Assembly (NCBI GenBank): GCA_035084275.1
Contig: CM068769.1
Span: 248,001-312,000, forward strand
Reading direction: 5' to 3'
Source of the DNA: Hydrolagus colliei
Taxonomy: Eukaryota
Length of the DNA: 64,000 bases
Under the pieces are notes generated by a model that was given only the letters and a program-made list of their open reading frames with translations, had not been told where the DNA came from and ran no database searches. Numbering within the stretch: the stretch's first letter is position 1; each line of letters starts with the position of its first letter. Shown piece after piece: positions 25,255-36,520 of the stretch. The translations under genes were made by a program, and so were the position numbers.

Positions 25255-25927
25255 TGCCGTGTATATGTAAAGGGCGCTGATGGTTTAGTTGAAGAATTTA
25301 GGCCGGGAAGCGGTAAGATACCGTGAGGAGAGCTGAACACTAAATGACATAGAGGGAGCAGGCCTGAGGTTTATGCACAGACCTTGTGTCTCTATCACTG
25401 TGCGTCACCATCACTGCTCTGCCATCTCGCTCCTCCGTTGGCTCTGTTCCAACACTGACATGTCTTTGATCAACCGGGTGACTGACACACGCAGCGAGTG
25501 ACACCCATATCCCTATTTATGTTCGTTGACAGCACACGAACGAGTTCCACATGTGTGTATACCGCCTGTGGAGACCTGTAGCTTAACAGTGTCAGCACTC
25601 GGCCCACAATCGAGGGGTCAAGGATTGATTCCAGGCAGCTCGACATGTTGGATACGTTTCTTTCCTCCAAACCCCCGCCTTGGTTTACCGCTGACAGTGG
25701 TTCAACAACGTTTTCAGTAATGTAGCCCTTTTAATTTTCAACGTTATCTTATATCCCCACGCGACTACATACACACACAACACCAGCCCCCTCATTCCTC
25801 TCGCATTTTATGACGTAGCATTTCTTATATAACAAAACAACTAGCAAATAAAAACGAGAGGAATAACAATTAAAGATACAATTTGGAAATCTATAAAACG
25901 CTAAAGAGAGGTAAATAAATAAATGTT

Positions 25928-25960
25928 CCGCCACCTGCAACCTCTAGAAGTAGTATTCCA
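25928..25960 (-). promoter_or_regulatory. CTCF-like site
   Basis: TGGAATAC-11nt-GTTGCAGGTGGCGG. Confidence 0.4.
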
Positions 25961-26657
25961 ACCCCTGGGATATATGTACCCATGGTTGAGAACCGTCGAG
26001 CTAGCAGCAAGTAGGAATTGGGTTATTAGTCGATTAGTGGTTGCTTTCCAGTGGAAATACTCTGTTATTAAATAAGTAACTCAATTCACACCTATTTGAG
26101 TGTCACTGCTGCGTAGAATTTAAAGCGTATCTGAGCGCTCTTAGGCACCGTCCGGTGTGGAGCGCGCAATTGAATTAGAAGTTGTTTTTTTGGTGTTGTT
26201 ATCAAGTGACAATGCTTTTTCAATGGACTATCATCCTGGAAAAGGCGATATGCAAATCGACTATTTACTCGGTCCCTATTTACACATCGGGAATAATACT
26301 AAGAATCTATCCATTTGGTATAGCTACTTATCACGTACTCGAGACGTCCAAGTGCGCTTCCCTGTTGATACTGTGCGGTGAGTTTACTGTATGTATTATG
26401 GGATAAAGGCGGCAAATAACTTCACACAATCCACAAAAGGTTGTGGATTGAAGTGATCATTTTAATTAGGAAATATCACACGCTGAAAGACGATCCACCG
26501 TTAGATTAATAACTCGATTCCTACTCTCTCCTAAGTACGCAGAAGCATTTTGTGTTACAAAACAATGGCCGAGTTTCTGGCCTGCTGGGATGCGAACCAG
26601 CAGTCTTATCGTTTCTGAAGCGAGTGCTTTAGCCATTGAGCTACAGTAACTTCAGCA

Positions 26658-26984
26658 TGTTTTTGTACAGGCTCCTCTCCTCTGAGACACGCAGCACTGT
26701 GCTCTCTGCTGCACAGAAGTAAGTGGCGGTGTTTGTCATCCTCAGATCCCTGATTGTTAGTGTGCTGTTCTTCTCTTTTGTATCAGCCAAAGCACTTATC
26801 CTCTCCTCCACCTTGATCTCTCTGCTTCCCTTCAACAGCAAATCGATGGAGCCGTTTCCATACTGTTTGTACCATTGAAAGTAGTCTACGTTCAAAGCGG
26901 TGATGCAATCCATGGTTACATTTCCATTTTAATTCTCTTTAATTGATGGAGGTCTCTGTGACACTCCGCTTTCAGCGAAGACAC
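26658..26984 (-). pseudogene. TCR alpha-like V family 2b (segment H): V exon 26702-26984 with TAA at 26929-26931; RSS CACAGTG-28-ACAAAAACA; leader not identified
   Basis: GVFAESGVSQRPPSIKEN*NGNVTMDCITALNVDYFQWYKQYGNG...ATYFCAAE; spacer carries a GAGGA duplication. Confidence 0.88.
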
Positions 26985-28227
26985 CTGCGGCAATAGAAAT
27001 GAACATTCTTGGAAAGAATCTCGGAAAATATCTGCAACAACAAATCATAATTAGGTAATAAGTAAACAGGGATGTGTTTGTCCAAGCTCATACTCTACTT
27101 ACGGAAGAACAGAATCATTAAATTAAAAATGATATACAATGCGGTGAAACGAGGCTTCATTCTTAATAATCCACGTTGACTCGAGTGAAAATCTGTCTTT
27201 AAAATTAAACGGGAAGTCATGTAAAGGCTTATAAGCATTTATCAATGATTGTCGAATGTTTTTTTTAACTCTGCAGGATATGACTATATTCTGGGTAACG
27301 CCTTCACTGAAATATCACTTCCTGTATGTTGGGTTGTGCGGAATTCATTCGTTAATCGACTATCATCACGATTCTTATTTACTGCTGGTGAAACAGCGGC
27401 ATATTTGTGGATGAAGAAAACATACCCAATATTTTCCCCTGCTGGAGAGGTGACCTCCACAGCAACATCGAAATTACACGAAAATAGCGCCTTTGATATC
27501 GAAAGGACGTCCCAAGACGTTCAGCATCCTTGGTCGGGAACGGAGCAGGAGGGAAGGGTTGGGGTGAGAGCCGAGTAAAGGAGAGTAGAAGACGGGGAAG
27601 AGGTAGGAATGGGGGCAAAAGGCATGGTCGAAGTGGTAGCTCTTGAGAACGGCATTGAAGGGGGGAAATGAAGAAGCGAGGCGAAGGGAATGTGGGACTG
27701 AGTTCCAGAATGTGGCGGCAGAGAGGCTGAAACCCGGGTAACTGATGTTAGGGCGGTTCAGCGGGGACATAGAGCAGGCCAGAGCTCGCTGAACTGAGGT
27801 CACGTGCAGGCTGATAAACAGACGGCGGTTCAGAGATAGGCGGCGGGCAATGCCATGTGGGAGAAGAACACGAGCTGTCAAGACCACAGATCTTCTTAAG
27901 TGGCAAGCGCCTGAACCGATAAAGTACAGGATATCTCCTTCGTTGATTTCAAGTAAGCAGGGAAATAGATTGTAGATCCGACGGCCAACGGAATGCTGGC
28001 AGTAGAGGAATCGTGAAGGTCTCCCAGTTTTGTGCTGGTCTGCCCTTCAAACTCCTGCTGATGAGCCAGGTTGGGCTGCGTTCCATCAGCAGTGAGAACC
28101 CTAGACCTGGAAAGAATTATGTCAATGTGTTACCAAGCTACAGATCAGGTCTGGTCAGACATTCTGTTCTCCACTCAAGGAGGCAGGGGATTTACTTAGA
28201 ACACTGTGAGCAGTTACACGGCGCATC

Positions 28228-28260
28228 GTCACCATCTAGCGGTAGTAAAGCGGTACCTCA
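28228..28260 (-). promoter_or_regulatory. CTCF site
   Basis: TGAGGTAC-10nt-CCGCTAGATGGTGAC. Confidence 0.65.
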
Positions 28261-28928
28261 GGTTTGTATCGTTAGTTTGATCACACAGTCACAGAATCAT
28301 AGAATCATATAATCTTGCGGCAGAAAAGGAGGCCATTCGGCCCATCGAGACTACGCTGGCTCTTTGAAAAGAGCAATCCAATCCCACTTCTCACCACATT
28401 CTCCATAACTCTTCTAGCTATAACAGTAATACCTTTTAACGAATCCAGGCAGATCAGGGCGAAATCTTGGGCAAGTTTCCTTACTCCGTACGACTAATAT
28501 TAATGCTTCCAAAAATAAGCATAGCAATAAAATTGGTCATTTCAATCCACGCATTTTTGTGGGAGATTGCTGCGGGCAATTAGCTGCCGTATTTCTCACA
28601 CAAATATATATTCAATTCACTTGATTGTATGTTTTGTAAAGCGCTATAAGACTCAATAAGATGTGAAAAGCGCTATATCAAATGCACAGATTATGATTAT
28701 TTTATTATTATTATAACCGCACAAACCTGTCCTCCACAAATAACTGTCTGCCTGACATGTCTCGATCAGTAAACAGATTAGAGACCGTCGCGGGTAATTG
28801 GAAACTGTGAAGAATTCTGACAATGTGTTAGCAAGCTACACATCGGCTCTGGGCGTACTTTCTCTTTTCCGCTAACAGAGAACAAGAGATTTGAATGAGA
28901 AGACTGTGCTGAGGTACACAGTGCATCG

Positions 28929-28960
28929 CCGCCATCTGGCGTTAATAATTCGGGACAGAA
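28929..28960 (-). promoter_or_regulatory. CTCF-like site
   Basis: Core ACGCCAGATGGCGG. Confidence 0.5.
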
Positions 28961-29679
28961 GGTTTTTTATCGTTAATTTGAACACACAATAACTTACAGT
29001 AAATTATTGTACTCCACAAATGCACAAAATAATCAGGAGAGATATAGAAAAGGGATTTCGTTTCTCTGCTTGAAGGCTGTCTAGAATTTGATAGTGTAAT
29101 ACAGATCTGAGGCGTTAAGGAATAATAATAAACATTGCATTTGATATAACTGTTTCCACATCCTCTAGATATAGAATCTTATGGCACAAAAGGAGGCCAT
29201 TCGGCCCATCGAGTCTGTGACGGAAGATTCTGCAATCTGATGGGAAGCTCACGTAATTTACTCTAAAGTAAATTAGTTGTACATTTGTGAGTGAAATACG
29301 TATGAGAATTGCACATTTAAAAAAATGCACATTGCACATTGCACACAGTAGGGTCCCGCAAAGATTCGTGGAACGGAGAGAGAATTTATCTTTGTTTTTT
29401 TACAATGAATACAAGTAGTATCATTGGCTTCAATGGGGAAATGTTTAGTTACATAAAAACTGATAAGCAATGAAAATGTATTGGACATTGATAATACAAC
29501 ACGGATTTGATACTCAAAACGTGATTCTACATAATTGGGTCTCAATAAACGCAGATTTGTATGTGTTGTTCTTGCAAAATTAATAATATCTGAAGAAAAT
29601 TAAGTTGGAGCTGTGATACGACATTCAGCCACAGGGGAGGTGTTGTATTGTGAACACAAATTGGGAATGCAGTGCATCA

Positions 29680-29711
29680 CTGTCACCTGGTGGAGATACG
29701 ATTGTACTGCA
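29680..29711 (-). promoter_or_regulatory. CTCF site with perfect U motif
   Basis: TGCAGTAC-10nt-CCACCAGGTGACAG. Confidence 0.75.
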
Positions 29712-31384
29712 GACCATCGTGTCAATGCCTATCTGCCTGGATTTGGGAACCATTTAAATTGATAGACTAAGAATATCTAAACAAATCTCTGATGATTCTG
29801 TGCAATCCATCTCAATATGGGATTTTCCATCTATTAGAATGGAATGTGCTCTGTCTCTCGCTGGATCTATGCATCCTAACCATCCGATTACAGACGGTAT
29901 AAAATAAACTGACAAGACTTTGTGATGTTTAAATATGGATTACAAACATATAAATAAGCAAGTTTCTTTTGGGAGCACTGTCTCCCAAGGTTTCCCAGCG
30001 CTTCAACCTGGAATGCCCAAACTAAAATCACCCAACTTCGGGGTAGAAATCGCGGCTCTTTTCGGACTTATTTGGCAACAAAATCAGCGTTATGGAATTC
30101 TACAACAACGCAACAGACAATTACACCGGATACATTTGTTCGAATGCAGAGAGGTCAGGGCGAATCCTTGGGCAAGTTTCCTTGCTCGAAACGCATAATA
30201 ATAATCCGTCAAAGAAAAACCACAATTAAAAAAACGGTAATTTCAATCCACGACTGTTTGTGGGACACTGTTGAGCGCAATTGGCTGTCGCGATTCGCCC
30301 ACAGATTTATAGTCAATTCCCTTTACAGGATATTTTGTGACGCACTTGTAGGACGGTGATATGATGTGAAAAACGCTCTATTAACTGCATGAATTATTAT
30401 TATTAGTTAGATTTATTGTGCCTTTGTTGGTGCCGTGAAATATCAGCCAATTATCCCTCAAGATTTCATCAGGTTTCATCAGAATCCGCAAATGACCTGG
30501 TCAAGTAACAGATGTTTCCCTGTACTTTGGATTGTGGTGGTGGTGGAGGATGGGGGGCAGTGTCAATAATGTGTTGGGAGGGCTGTGTAATAGTTGATGC
30601 GCAAGGGAGTGGTATGAAGTGTGTGTACACGGAGGACGTTGTTCGCATTGTCCCTTTGACTCACACGTTCTCACTCCTTTTGCCATGCTGGTTTAGCCAC
30701 AATGGAAATCGCCAATGTTGGACCTTGATTGGAGTTCGTGAAACTTCCACAAAAAATGAACTGAGACAAGTTCCATGCAGCAAAATTTAATCAAAATAAT
30801 TGAACGCCCATACATAATATAGTACATCAAATCAGCGGAATGCTTACGTCAGGTTAGTAAAGTTTATGGCAATAGGTTTGAGCGTGTTAGTATAGTGGCT
30901 TTACAGCAGGAATCGATAGGGCACGGTTCCCATCAACCGATTGTGATTTAACAATACAGCCCAATATATCAACTGTTAACACAGCAACAACCGTGATGAA
31001 CACATTCTTAGTTCTGATCAATGCAATTCAGAGGCAAACGCATGTTCATTTATTCTGAACCCTTCTTCTAAAGTTATACCAACTAAACTGCAACAAACAT
31101 CATGTTAAATGTGGAATTCAGATTATTCGGAAAAAACTAACACGGATCATTCATGTGCAGACTCGGTTGTGATAAGCAACATTCGCCTTGTCAACAAAAC
31201 AATTTCTGAACAGGATTGTCATTCCAAAGGTCAGTTAACTAACATAAGCATTTCTGTCTGAGCGAACATTATATTTTAAGCGAGGGGTGTCGAATCTTTT
31301 GGCTGCTCCCAGTCCGTTTTCGTATTTGGGAAATGTCACATGAGCCAAAATCTTTGTGTTCCCCTTCCAGAAAAAAATAGTTAC

Positions 31385-31585
31385 ACAAAGGTGGTGGAGG
31401 CTGATTCGATAACAACTTTTAAAAGAGAATTAGATCTTTATTTAGGGAGAACAGGTCTATTAGGCTATGGGGAGCGGGCAGGGCAGTGGGATTGAATCGC
31501 TCTTTTCAAAGAGCCGGCACAGAGTAGATGGGCCGAATGGCCTCCTTTTGTGCCGTAAAATTCTATGAATCTATGAATCTATGAA
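31385..31585 (+). mobile_element. CR1 3' terminal fragment
   Basis: Matches 1500-1700, including the ATTCTATG-like tail. Confidence 0.85.
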
Positions 31586-32224
31586 ATCCTTTTCAGATTG
31601 AAAGGATTGCTTAAAATGCTCGTAACTACCTGCTGGGCAGCAAGGCTGGGAGTGGGAGCGCTATGGTGTGGGGTGGGGAGGGATTAAGATGACTGAAAGC
31701 GGATTGAAGCAGTTATACTTGATGAATGGTCATGGACATAAAACATTTGCGAATCAACGGCATTGCACATTTGTTGGTCAGGTCGGATGGGGGGATCGGG
31801 AGAAGAATAGAATGGATCGTGGCATATAACAAGAGTTTGGGTAGATCCAGGAGACCGGTCTGAACACCCAATCTATCTCAATTCTTCTCCATCATTCTGC
31901 GTCTCTCCTGCACGATATTAGTCAGAATCTCTCTCCCTCTTTCTCTCTCTTTCGCACATCCTGCACAGTCCCACTTTCTCATAGAGTGCCTTCAACTTTG
32001 TTATTTTTCTCTCACTCAATCTCTGTCTCTCGCACACAGTCTCTATCTCTCCGTTTCTCTTTCACCCTACCTCACTTAGTCTCAGTCATGCTCAGCTGAT
32101 CTTTGTCAGAGAAACAATTGATGGAATCTGCTAATTGTGGTCAGACTGAAGCTGGTATCTATGGCATGTGTCCATGGGAGTTAGAGAAAGTAGAATGAGC
32201 ACTTTGTGGCCAGTGGACTCACAG

Positions 32225-32329
32225 CTACACCCTGACTGCGGCGTACACTGTACCATCGTCAGGAGCGGTTTTGCGGCGATTGTCAATCCGGTTTCCTAAC
32301 GTCAGACTGGCGTAGTTGACATCAGAATC
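32225..32329 (-). CDS. Receptor gene 1, exon 10 (last): ITIM + ITSM
   Basis: Acceptor ttttcgcag|; DSDVNYASLTLGNRIDNRRKTAPDDGTVYAAVRV*; 105 nt, phase 0; conserved in the paralog. Confidence 0.88.
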   Translation of the reverse strand, partial: DSDVNYASLTLGNRIDNRRKTAPDDGTVYAAVRV

Positions 32330-33091
32330 CTGCGAAAAGGACGTCAGTCAACCCACTTGCTTAGGGTTTCAGTGGGAAAACCCAAAGCCCACCCTCACCC
32401 ATGTTGGGATGCCAAGCCATAGCACCTGTATATGTGTGAGCGATTTGTGCCTGTTTGTGTATATGGGCATTTGGGCTTGAACCTCCACCCTTTGAAATTC
32501 CATATCTCTGTCGCTTTGCCTTGCCTCCTACAAGTACATTATGAAGACCCATCTCTACGACCATTCCATCGTCCACCGTGTTACTATGAAGCGCTCTTAG
32601 ACGCCGTCCGACGTGGAGGGCGTTATATCAATCGAAGTTGTTGATACCCCTACTCTTCCTGCATTCTGGGTCTATACACCCAGTAAGTGTCACACACGTA
32701 CACACGCAGACATTTGAGGTCGTGCGAACTGCTGGCAGTGCCGTAAAGTGTTCAACAGATGCTGTTGGAACTTGAGAAACGAACGCAGCAGCCAAATTAT
32801 GCACAGCATCGTCACACAAACACATTCCGTCTCCCCCCAAAACTCTCTTCTGCCTGAGGCAATAGTGCTGCTGGCTGAGTTTGACTGAGCCGGGCTCTGA
32901 GCTGAGCTGTGCCAGCCTGATTGACACAAGGCACATGCTTGGCTCGCGCAAAATTTAATTGATGGTGACATAGGACGTGAATTCTGCTGAGCGAGGAGCC
33001 AACTGAGACTTACAGTAAGGCTGAGCTGAGCTGCATCTAAGCTCACACTGAGCCTGAACCAACGTAAAGCAATGATTCTGTCTCTACTCAC

Positions 33092-33132
33092 CACTGGAGG
33101 CACCAAGCTTGGAACGATTCTCACTGAAGCAT
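33092..33132 (-). CDS. Receptor gene 1, exon 9 (cytoplasmic)
   Basis: tttcag|AT GCT TCA GTG...CCA GTG|GTGAGT; 41 nt, phase 1 to 0; same length in the paralog. Confidence 0.85.
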
Positions 33133-33917
33133 CTGAAACAAAAACAAACAGTGTAGAGTACTAGCATATTACAGTTAAACTCAACGTTATTCAATATCAT
33201 TGTTAATCTTATAAGTAAGTACATTCTGTAATTAAAGACGAAAGTGACAATAATAATCATTTGACAAATAATAGTGTACTTGCAATTTTGGCACTGAATT
33301 TAACTGACTTGTCATTTTGTCGAGACATCCCAAAGAGTTTCATAAGGTACGCCGTTTAATGCAGTTATTGTTCGTATTGTGAGTGACTCATATCATATAG
33401 TTTGGGCACAACAGTGAGCCACAGAAAAGCAAGGTGAATGACATATTTTATTCATTTAGTGGACACCTATAAAAATTCTATTGCCTTTGTGAACAGTGAC
33501 TCCAGATGTCGAATGTGAAACTAAAGAGCCAGACGGGCACTCGCTTTCACATCTCATCTGAAGGGCAGAACACTTGAAGTGGGTGAAATTAATTCAGACG
33601 GTCAGACACACATTGAGACACATGGTCAGATACACAGTTAGACACATGGACAGACACACAATCAGACATGCAAACGGACAAACACACTTGTAGACACTCA
33701 CTCAAACACTCACACACATATACAAACGGATAGTCGCAGATCTTCAGCGAGTGGCAGCACCAGAGAAAGGTTAAGAGAACAATGGCCTCTAGCCAGACAG
33801 AAGATCATGAACAATCGATCGCGTTCTGTGGGATTAAGTTACATGGCTGACTACGCGCCTGTATGTGACCAGTTTTGTTTTCCCTCTGCGATCAAATCAA
33901 GGAAATCTCTCACTCAC

Positions 33918-33961
33918 ATGTGACGTTGCTGGATTCTGGGCCGCCTCTCTCAGGTAAATTC
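33918..33961 (-). CDS. Receptor gene 1, exon 8 (cytoplasmic)
   Basis: cccccag|G AAT TTA CCT...GTC ACA T|GTGAGT; 44 nt, phase 2 to 1; same length in the paralog. Confidence 0.85.
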
Positions 33962-35118
33962 CTGGGGGAAATAAGAACATAGAGTGATGAATTCACTGCT
34001 GCTGTAATAAACAGGACCACAGATCTGAGGCCTGGCCTTTTAATAGAGGTCACAAGCAACTATTTTGTCTAGTCTTGGGGAAATAACAGGGAAATCGTAA
34101 TCAGAGGATTGCTTTTGAAAGAGGAGAACAGGTACGAGGCAACGAATGGTAATAGCTGCTTTATCGCTGTATTTGTTGCTTTAGTTGGAAAATGGAAGAA
34201 GCATGGTGGTGTTCATTGCAAAATCTAATTTCACAACACAGCACTTACCTAACTTCGAGACAGTAAATAAAATATACGAGTTTCTGTTTTTCTGTGTGAT
34301 GGAGCCCGGTGACATGACGGTGTGTTTGCAGTTGGGTGGAGTGGTGAGGAGCTGATCTGTACACAGTGTTTACCTAGACTTGCATGACTTCACTTTTTGA
34401 TTATTTAAGGTGGGGATAGAGGGTAACATGATAACAGGGGTAGACAATTCTTGTCTTATAATGTGTTCCCCTAATTTGATAATTTGATCATTAAATTTGT
34501 GCGGGGTGGTGGGTGAAGTTGGGGACGGGGGTGGTAGAGAGGTTGCGGGGGTTTGCGGGGAGCTGTGTGGTAGGTCCAAGTCAGGTGTGTGCCTCGTGTG
34601 AAAACCCATTACGGTGGTGACATGCTCGAGTCACACGTGCTACAATTGGCAAATTCCTGCGTTTGTTATGATTATACAACAACAAATTAACAAATTACAC
34701 TTATAAAGGATACAGTATCTCTGCAACCCTATGCACCGTTAGAATAAGGCACGGTGTGAGAAGAGGCAGTGTGTATTTGCTCCCAATTGTGCATAGGCAT
34801 AACTGTTTCGGTCTCACCAGCCGAAACCTCACAGCTTTAAGGCAGAAACTATGTCTGGCAAGATTTATAGCGATTAAGAATTACGACAAGACCACCGTTG
34901 AGGGCTTTGTCTTGCAGAAATAACTGAACATCAGTGAAAGGAATCCAGTGTCTCCTTTGTCATCCCACTCTTGGTGAATAGTGACAGAGCGAAAACCAGC
35001 ACGATGAGGTGAGTTGTGCGACGTAAATGGGATAAGAGTTTCGAAGTACAGTGAAGGGGCGAGCAACAATATATGTAAGATGGATAGAGAGCAGAGTTTA
35101 GAGTAGAAGTATTCGTAC

Positions 35119-35146
35119 CTTTCTCCACTTGGACTGTTCTTTTTAG
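35119..35146 (-). CDS. Receptor gene 1, exon 7 (28-nt cytoplasmic micro-exon)
   Basis: CTGAC branch, ttcttgcag|CT AAA AAG AAC AGT CCA AGT GGA GAA AG|GTACG; phase 1 to 2 exactly bridges the TM exon and exon 8. Confidence 0.75.
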
Positions 35147-35713
35147 CTGCAAGAACAAAATGTAATAAAAATGAAACATTGGTCAGTACTTACGTATATT
35201 CGTGTGGTTTTATTAATAGCTATATTCCATTTGAGCCAGGGTCAAAGCCTGAAATGGTGACTATGTATCTTGGGAATGAAATACATCAACTAATTAGCTT
35301 ACTAATGTGTCCCAGAAATTACTATTAATTTAGTGACCAACAAAATGGGTGGAATTGTTAGCCAGGACAACTGGGAGAGAGAAATTCCCATCTCTTTTCG
35401 AATCGAGCCAAAGCATGTTTAACTTCAACATGAACCGTTAGACGGGACCTCGGTTTGTAAGTCTCACCAATGCTATCGACCGAAGGATTGAACATTCAAG
35501 CAACACTGTCATACCACAGCAGCTTCAAAACATTGACTATTCTATATAACTGCAAGTTGTTGTCGTATTGGTGCATCTCTGTTCTCATGCTCTGTTCTCT
35601 GGTGTTTCTCTGAAACACCAGAGCAACCATACAAAGTGATTAACGGCACCGCTGGCTCCAACTTGATTCCGAGCAATTCTATTCTACACTCAGAGATATT
35701 AGTAGACAATTAC

Positions 35714-35812
35714 CTCTCCTATACAGACAGATGGCCAGGAAAATCACAGCGATCACTATCACAGTGACAATTCCAGCAGCAAGTCCTGAAATGCGTATAC
35801 CTATCCACTTTC
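35714..35812 (-). CDS. Receptor gene 1, exon 6 (transmembrane)
   Basis: Polypyrimidine...ctctctag|; GKWIGIRISGLAAGIVTVIVIAVIFLAICLYRR; G|GTAATT; 99 nt, phase 1-1. Confidence 0.9.
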
Positions 35813-36235
35813 CTAGAGAGGAAAAGGGAAAAACAGCAATTGTAAGAGCTAACAAAGACGGAAATTCATGATTTTGCTATGGTTCAATATCAGCTGCTGT
35901 ACAACAGCTCGATCTGGGGTCAGCAAACCTTGTATCACAAAGAAAAATTACATCGTATATTGGTGAGGATTAGGTCGTATACTGAACCCCTCCTTTGCGG
36001 AAAGCAGAGAGAATTAATACCCGGACATACCGTTAGGCTATCGTTCGTGAATTTCGATTTGGAAACTGTTTTATCATGCGATGTTTTTTCGTCCTTAGGG
36101 TTAGGGTTAGGATTGGGGGTTAGAGTTTGGGATCAAACAGGGCAAACACCATGACATTACATAAAAATACCAGGAGCTCTCATAAATTTCTAAAACAGAA
36201 ACAAGTAATTGTTTGAAATTTTATTCAGCACTTAC

Positions 36236-36520
36236 CTGGTACAGTGATTCGCACTCGCTCGCTCTCTGGTGATGTGAATTCTCGTCCGCCTATGTTTGTT
36301 GTATATTGACACGAGTAATTTCCTATTTGGGTCGCCGATTGGTTGAATGTAGCCGTGTTGTTTTTCTCTGGAGCCAGCTGTGATGTGACAAACTCGCCGT
36401 CTCTGTATAAAGAGAAATTGCTGCCAGGATGATTCCCAGCACACGAGATCTCAGTGTGTTCTCCTCTCACTAGCACATGGGAATATGGCTTCAAAGAAAT
36501 GTTTGGCTTCGGAAGTGGAT
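36236..36520 (-). CDS. Receptor gene 1, exon 5 (Ig domain 2, C2-like, LRC/FcR type)
   Basis: DPLPKPNISLKPYSHVLVRGEHTEISCAGNHPGSNFSLYRDGEF...GNYSCQYTT...SPESERVRITVP; 285 nt, phase 1-1. Confidence 0.92.

Noticed and set aside
26570-26646. tRNA-like sequences with A and B boxes as real tRNA genes
   Set aside because: Stems are degenerate and most continue into SINE body sequence; treated as SINE heads (tRNAscan-SE would settle it)
13-26984. Assigning any V to NAR-TCR, VNAR or IgH-like (TAILV) types
   Set aside because: Motifs (FWYRQ/WYKQ, DSAVYYCAL/ATYFCAA) are TRAV/TRDV-like, and no D segments or IgH-type FR motifs were seen; phylogeny is needed
33089-33104. Plus-strand CCACTGGAGGCAC as an opposite-orientation CTCF site
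   Set aside because: Mismatches at core positions, no U motif, and it overlaps a coding exon and donor
33901-33955. Plus-strand reading LTCDVAG / LSLTCKVAG resembling an IgH V FR1 (also at 62840-62890)
   Set aside because: No Trp, second Cys or RSS follows; the conservation is explained by the minus-strand 44-nt receptor exon
35194-35248. Exon-like stretch with tttcag acceptor and GTAAGT donor between the TM exon and the 28-nt exon
   Set aside because: Stops in all three frames, and it would leave a 47-nt intron; the gene splices in frame without it
36095-36131. Short TTAGGG-like run in a receptor intron
   Set aside because: Under three perfect units; such runs are common in fish genomes
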